Source: Lingula anatina (lineage: Eukaryota > Animalia > Brachiopoda). From it: a stretch of 64,000 nucleotides of DNA. This document shows, in pieces, positions 57,821-64,000 of the stretch. How positions within the stretch are numbered: the stretch's first letter is position 1; each line of letters begins with the position of its first letter. The stretch spans positions 4,898,001 to 4,962,000 of the forward strand of contig CM120640.1 in the NCBI GenBank assembly GCA_051362555.1. Direction: 5' to 3'. The notes under the pieces were generated by a model. It made no database searches, had not been told where the DNA came from, and saw nothing but the letters and a program-made list of their open reading frames with translations. Position numbers and translations under genes: made by a program.

Positions 57821-59700
57821 TTTTATGTACAGACACAGATATGTCTGTACATATAGCCATCACCTGCATCTGTCGTCGTCGCCATCGTGCACTTTTACCG
57901 ATAACACGATAAGTGGAAAACCGTTTTTGCTTTTGGCTTGAAACTTACAGAACTGATGAATATTCATAATATGCATATTATGAATATTCATATTATGCAT
58001 ATTATGAATATTCATAATATGCAGGTCAAGTTCGAAAATCAGCATGATCAGGTCATTTTTAGGGAAGTTACGCTGTTTTTTCACTTTTTTCAGCATATAT
58101 GCAACACAGATAACATGATAAGTGAAATACTGTTTTACTTTTGGCTTGAAACTTACAGAACTGATGAACAGGTCAAGTTTGAAAATCAGCATGATAGGGC
58201 CATTTTTAGGGAAGTTATGCTGTTTTTTCACTTTTTTCAGCATATATGCAGCACCGATAACATGATAGGTGGAAAACCATTTTACCTTTTGGCATGAAAC
58301 TTACAGAACTGATGAATATTCATAATACGCAGGTCAAGTTTGAAAATCAGCATGATCGGGCAATTTTTATGGAAGTTATCCTGTTTTGTTTTGTTTTTTC
58401 AATTTTTTTCAGCATTTTTATAACACCGATAACATGATAAGTGTAAAAATGTTTTTCCTTTTGGATTGAAACTTACAGAACTGATGAATATTCATAATAC
58501 GCAGGTCAAGTTCGAAAATTGGCTTGATTGGACTATTTTTACAAAACTTATGCTGTTTTTTTTCCATTATTCAGCATATATGCAAAACTGATAATATATT
58601 TTAAGGAAAACCAATCAGCCTTTTGTCTTGAAACTCACAGGACTGATCAGTCTGACTAGTATACAGATCAAGTTTGAAAATAAGCTTGATCAGTTAAGTT
58701 TTGATGAAGTTATTAGCCTTTTTGTATATAAGTGGTTTTCTTCAGATTTAATTCTTAGGCATGTTAACAGTCTCATTATGGAACTAATAAGATATGTAAG
58801 AGTGTTGTTTTGACATTTTCTGCTGCTTAACAATATTGTTAGTTGATTATATAAAAATGATGGTAAACCTATTATCATGCATTGTGTAATAAAGTATCAA
58901 AAATGGAAAGGAACTCATCATTGCAGTTCATCATATTCAATCATTCACTATGTTCAGAATCTCCGAATGGAGCAAATTGGACATTTAAAATTGTTCTACT
59001 GATATTTTTCCTATGTCAACAATTTTCCTAGTTGATCATTTAAAAATGACAGTAAATTGATTATTTTGTTTTATGTAAAAAAAGGTGTTGAAAATGGAAA
59101 GAAAATCATTTCAGTACAGTTATCTCTTGTTTACATTTTGAAAGTGTGACTCTGAACTTCCATGGCCTTGGAGACCTTTCCATATCACATTTTCTGAATA
59201 TCCATGATACTTTTATTTTTTTATAAAAAAATTGATGGTCATTGTGCTGTTAAAGGGATAATAACCCTTCGTGTGAGGTCTATATTTCACAATAAAAACA
59301 TTGTGAATAACTCGTAGAAATATAATATATTCTGTTTTACGACAAAAACAGCAGTAATAGCCATTATTCTGATATCTGAGTTTGTCTTCAGACCACGTGA
59401 CCTCCATTGATGGCTATACTGTGTTATAATCTCTCAAGAGATTTTAACAAAAAACCAAACTTTTTAGAAAAAAAACAGGGACTAACTTTGAATGTAAAAA
59501 TGGATTCATTAACCATTGGTAAGTATGGGAAAATTGTTGTTTACTCCAGGAAAATTCATTTTTTGGCCAATACGAAGAGTTATTATCCCTTTAAGTATTT
59601 TGTTATATTGCATCAAAGTTGAAGAAAAACCCTATTTTGGACACTGCTGCCAGGATAGCGATTAAGGGAAAACCATGTTACTTATGATACTCAAACTTAC
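57821..59700 (+). mobile_element. Helentron/HINE-like family 2 copy with internal tandem repeats, interrupted by a MITE
   Basis: ttttatgtacagacacagatatgtctgtacat plus gtc microsatellite. Repeated caggtcaagttcgaaaatcagcatgat. Homologous to the reverse complement of 41960-44048. Confidence 0.75.
59254..59590. mobile_element. TTAA-flanked MITE (Kolobok-like)
   Basis: TTAA-AGGGATAATAACCCTTCGT ... ACGAAGAGTTATTATCCCT-TTAA. Paralogous family 2 copies (near 42070 and 43245) have a single TTAA at this site. Confidence 0.85.
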
Positions 59701-60572
59701 TGAAAAGTTTCATAAGACTGAAGTGCAGCTTGTGTTGGAAAACCAGTGTGATTGTTTTCTGTTTTGGAAGCAATGCAGTTCTATAGAGTGCTATATGGTG
59801 CAATAAATGTATATGGATAGCAGGCAGTATGTTAATTCAGGGTTATAAAGTAATTTGCTTAATTAATTTTCAAGTGGCCATTAAATGAGATTACATAAAA
59901 CACACGTTGAGATTTCATTGTAAAGTCCCATAGGTTTAGCTCTCTTAACTGTGTCACATAATTAGGAATCGATGATTATTATGCAGGTAAATGTTATTTA
60001 ATATTGAAAATAATTTTAGAAAAGAAAAATTTTGTGTAACGCTTACATTAATGCTAAAGATGAATAACATTTCATTACTATTCTCAAACTCAGTAGGGTT
60101 ATTCATATCATGTTAGTAATTATACAGGTAGATTAAAAGTTTGAATAGCAGCTTTATTGGAATTTTTTGTTATGTGTTATTTTACATTTTCTTTTAATTA
60201 TTTTTCAAACACTAGCATCTTCAAGATGTCACTTTCAACTCCCATCCACCAGAAGTGCTGTGCATTTTCTGTTTTTCCACATTAGCAGTTGTGTTGGTTT
60301 TTATGTCTTTAAACATTGTGTAATATTATTTTATGCACTGTCATCATTTTTCACATATTGGGATTTTCATTATGTGAATTTGAACTCTCACATATGGTCC
60401 TGAAACTGTAATCTTATTGACCATGTTATTCTGTCGCACATTTTTTTGAAATTTTTATCTTTCACTTACTGGCATTTTCAGTGTGGGACTTATAACTCCC
60501 AAGGGCATGTAACAGTTCACTTTTATTGATACTTCCTGTTGTGCAATATTTGCAACTTGACTTTGCAGTTAA

Positions 60573-60782
60573 AGGGATAATAACGGTTCTTTTTGGCAAA
60601 TAATTAATTTTTTTTTCTAAAAAGTTTTTTTTTTTTTTTTTGTTATAATGTCTTAAGTATAGCCATCTATGGAGGTCACATGGTCTGATGACAAGTTCAG
60701 ATATCAGAATAATAGCTATGACTGCCCTTTTTGTGGTAAAACAAAATATATTATATTTCTGTGAGTTGTTTACACTGTTTAA
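60573..60782. mobile_element. Truncated, reversed copy of the TTAA MITE
   Basis: ttaa-agggataataac start. 60670-60775 is the reverse complement of 59300-59405. Confidence 0.6.
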
Positions 60783-61025
60783 ACTCAAGTTGGATGATTC
60801 ATATCATGGTAATGCAGCTAGACCGAATGGCAGCTTTAGTGGAATATTTTTGTAATTTTTTCTTTTTTAATTTTTAATTTTTCAAACTGGTATTTTCAAG
60901 ATGTGACTTATCACTTCCATCCACCAGGAGCCCTGTACTGTTACTTTATAACATTTTCTGTATTTTTTTAACTGACAAGAATGAATCTTAGGATTGACAT
61001 TAATTAGACAAACGGCTCTATTAAA

Positions 61026-61026
61026 T

Positions 61027-61088
<62 letters not shown>

Positions 61089-61096
61089 TTTTTTTT
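61026..61096. repeat. (TA)n plus poly-T
   Basis: Direct inspection. Confidence 0.85.
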
Positions 61097-64000
61097 AGTT
61101 TAAGCAATTTTTTTTTGTGAAATTTTCACTTTATCTCATTCTGGCATTTCCAAAATATGAACTTTAAAGGACAATGTTCATGTAAAAATCCATTTCTCGA
61201 ATTTTGAAGATACAGCACTCAATCTATACACTAGAGGTATGTTTTAATCGATCCCCGCCATTTATAAAAATTATAAAAACAATCTATTAGTAGAAAAAAA
61301 AGCGTTTTAGTAAACCTCACCTTAATATGCAAAAATGAAGCAACAGATCTGGGTCACGTGGTACTGTGACGACAATCACGATAAAGGTCTATGAGACTCA
61401 ACTGAGCTGCATGGTGCATACAGACGGAGAAGTTAAGGAAAGTTGTGTTGAATGGAGTTGAGGAATTTTCGTTATGCCTCGGTGTGTTGCCGTGGGATTC
61501 ACCAAAATTGCAGCTCTCGTTGACAATCTTTCTTTGTCTGTGACGGTCTTCCGTGACTTACTTACTAACTTCGGTGACAATAGTTGCAATGCTCTAGATC
61601 ATGGTCACCTCAGGTGGTTTAGATCATATCAAGAGCTGGTAGTCTTTCAGATTAACTGTCATCAGTTGGCAAACTTACTGATTCCTGATGCATTTTAAAT
61701 GCATTGTAGTTGACCAAAAGCTCGTTTACAACAAACCTGTTAATTATGCACCGCTGCAATTCCCAAGCCAGGTAATAACAGGTATGAAACTCGTCTTGGT
61801 GGGCTTTCATATTTTTCAATATATCTCAATTTTTTCAAGGGGTTATTTTATTGGTATTTGTAAATTACGTTAAATATCAATACTTAAACAATTAAGTTCA
61901 AACACGGTCGCGAACATTAATAAAAGAAATTGCTCTCAGGGTATCTTGAAGCTTCCGTGGAAGAAAACGTGTTGAGGATCAAAAAACAGGAAAAAGAGCG
62001 TTATATTAAAGAAAAAATGGGAACTGCTATAATAAAATGGTTCGTTATCCTAATTCGTTTATGCTTTGAGGATTTGTTTCTGAAGATTATTTCATCTGAA
62101 ATATTAAATAATTTAAAAGATTGATTATTTTATAACTTGAAACGCAAATTCTGCGTCAGTACGCAATTTTTTTTTTTGCAAATTTGTAAGCTTATAACAC
62201 CGTGCTATAAAGATCTACTCAAGAAAAAAATTTGCTTGGGTAAAATTGAGTACGGAATGAACTGGAGACACTTGGCTTGTCATTAAGTTTACACGAAAAT
62301 ATGTCAGGTAACTTTATACTGTCTTTGAAAGAGTAAAGATTGAAAGATAATTTTAGACAAACTTTGACGGGGGAAATACCTACAAAGAGTAATGGGCTAT
62401 TTCGCCAACATCTTGTTGAAAATTTTACACTGCAATTCTATTCAAAAAAGCTAAGGAACTAATTGCCAAATTAATACTCTCATCACATAACAGGGGGGTA
62501 ACCAGACCTGCAAAAATTGTACGCACATATTTAAAAAGATTACAAGCACATACAGCAAAATGTAGACTTACGCAAAACATGAAGGACAGCGTAATCACAG
62601 CAAATGTACCTCATATAGTAGCTTAATTTCCATTAATAATAAAATCATCATTTAAGTCAAAAATATTCTTGCGATTTAATAACTATTTTAATTTACCCAG
62701 AACAGTATATTTATTTTAAAGGCGGTTAACCGAAATATAGTTTTATGATTTGTTTGTGAAAATTGCCCATGTCACCCTGTTAGTTTGGAGGTCTAAGCTG
62801 GATCAAGTGAAGTCCGTGTTAAAATTCCTATGAAGTTGTGCAGGAAAAATCCTTCCTTTCTTTCTCTAGCTCCTCGATAAACCTGGTGTTCAGATTTTAT
62901 CTAGTACCCCCAGGTCTACGGGAGCTGCGCTTTGTAAGATTTTTACCTGAGATAACTGGAGTAAAGCTTAGATAGAGAGTGCGTTCGATACAAGCAAGAC
63001 AAATTGAATGCCATTTAACCCTCTAATTAAGAGGTAAAGGAAGTTCCAGGTAGATGGATGATTAAGATAGGACTTGTAAAGGTAACGGGCATTGTTTACC
63101 TCAGTTTAATAAAAGTATGCAAGACAGAGTGTCAGCGGTTTAATAAAATAAATTGAATTTCACAAATAACATGGACCTCATATGCAATAAGCAACATTTC
63201 CCTTAACTCATTCAAATGCAGTGTTTTATACAACTTGGGATAACCATAATGAAATGCTTGTTAAAGAAATGACTAGACGGGAAATGGTTTTACACAGCTT
63301 CACAAGGATTTAGACCCTTCGGGTAAGAGATTTGAATGAGTATAAACTTTTATCAGAAGCCAGAGAAGTCATCTTACAGGTAGACAATGCAGCTCAGTTT
63401 GACAGCTAAGCACGCTCTGTTCTCCAGTGGCTCGATTGTCGTCATTGGACCACGTGACCACGTAGCTCATTAACTCCCAGGCCAAGCAAATAGGACGTTT
63501 TTTAAAGCCAAAAATTTACAAAATGAGCTTTTAATTTGTGTATTTGGATAAAGATATCGTTAGTTGGGCATGTTTTCTGAAGAATATGTTCCGTTCAGGC
63601 CATTCTGACGGCATGAAGCAAACCCTTTAACTCTTATCAGCCTGAAGCCTTAGGGACCATTTCCATACCCTATCACGCTAACTGTAGATCGATCTATCTC
63701 CAAGGGAATTCTTGTTAAATGCAATCAATGTAAGTGGCTTAGCTGTTTGTCACGCCTACTGAAACTGGCATGCCAGAATCCTAAGCCACTTAAGCTGAAA
63801 GCAATTTAGTGAGAAACCCCTTGGAGTTGGATTGATCCTGTCAGATTGATCTAGGTATGGGAACTCAGTCTAATGCTTGTTACACATTTTACTTTGATCC
63901 TAATCCACTGTTATGCAGAATTAGAATTTGATGTTGGCTATGTAGTTACAGTAAGCATAATACATCAGTGCATCAGAACTGACGGTGTCCTATTTTCTGC

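Noticed and set aside
57950-58060. Hammerhead ribozyme (CTGATGA...GAAA) in family 2 repeats
   Set aside because: Stems I and II cannot be formed and the GAAA/UH register is off.
61474-61698. THAP-like start MPRCVAVG after a TTAA-AGG end near 61164
   Set aside because: Second Cys and the downstream THAP residues are missing, and no matching right TIR was found.

Overview
AT-rich, intron-rich animal genomic DNA, probably a marine invertebrate such as a mollusc (inferred from repeat types; not provable here). Five spliced host genes were rebuilt by hand from splice sites and reading frames: the 3' part of a NIPAL2/3-like Mg2+ transporter (+, 94-4075); microcephalin MCPH1 (-, 6760-16480); a head-to-head SAM-domain gene aveugle/SAMD12 (+, 17820-19203); trimethylguanosine synthase TGS1 (-, 40230-48356), which has a U12 AT-AC intron; and a THEMIS-like protein with two CABIT domains, PxRPxK and acidic-Tyr motifs (+, from 52439, running off the window). 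The interval 21.5-40 kb is a dense nest of mobile elements. It holds an Ngaro-like tyrosine-recombinase retrotransposon with an SGNH-hydrolase ORF upstream of gag, an ITR-type DIRS1 element inserted into that gag, further DIRS/Ngaro relics, a gag-only LTR element with intact LTRs, TSD, PBS and PPT, and a rearranged hAT element. Introns carry two families of non-autonomous Helentron-like elements whose internal tandem repeats are rich in nuclear-receptor half-sites (a 146-bp unit with RORE, DR1 and ERR/SF-1 motifs), plus TTAA-flanked and foldback MITEs.
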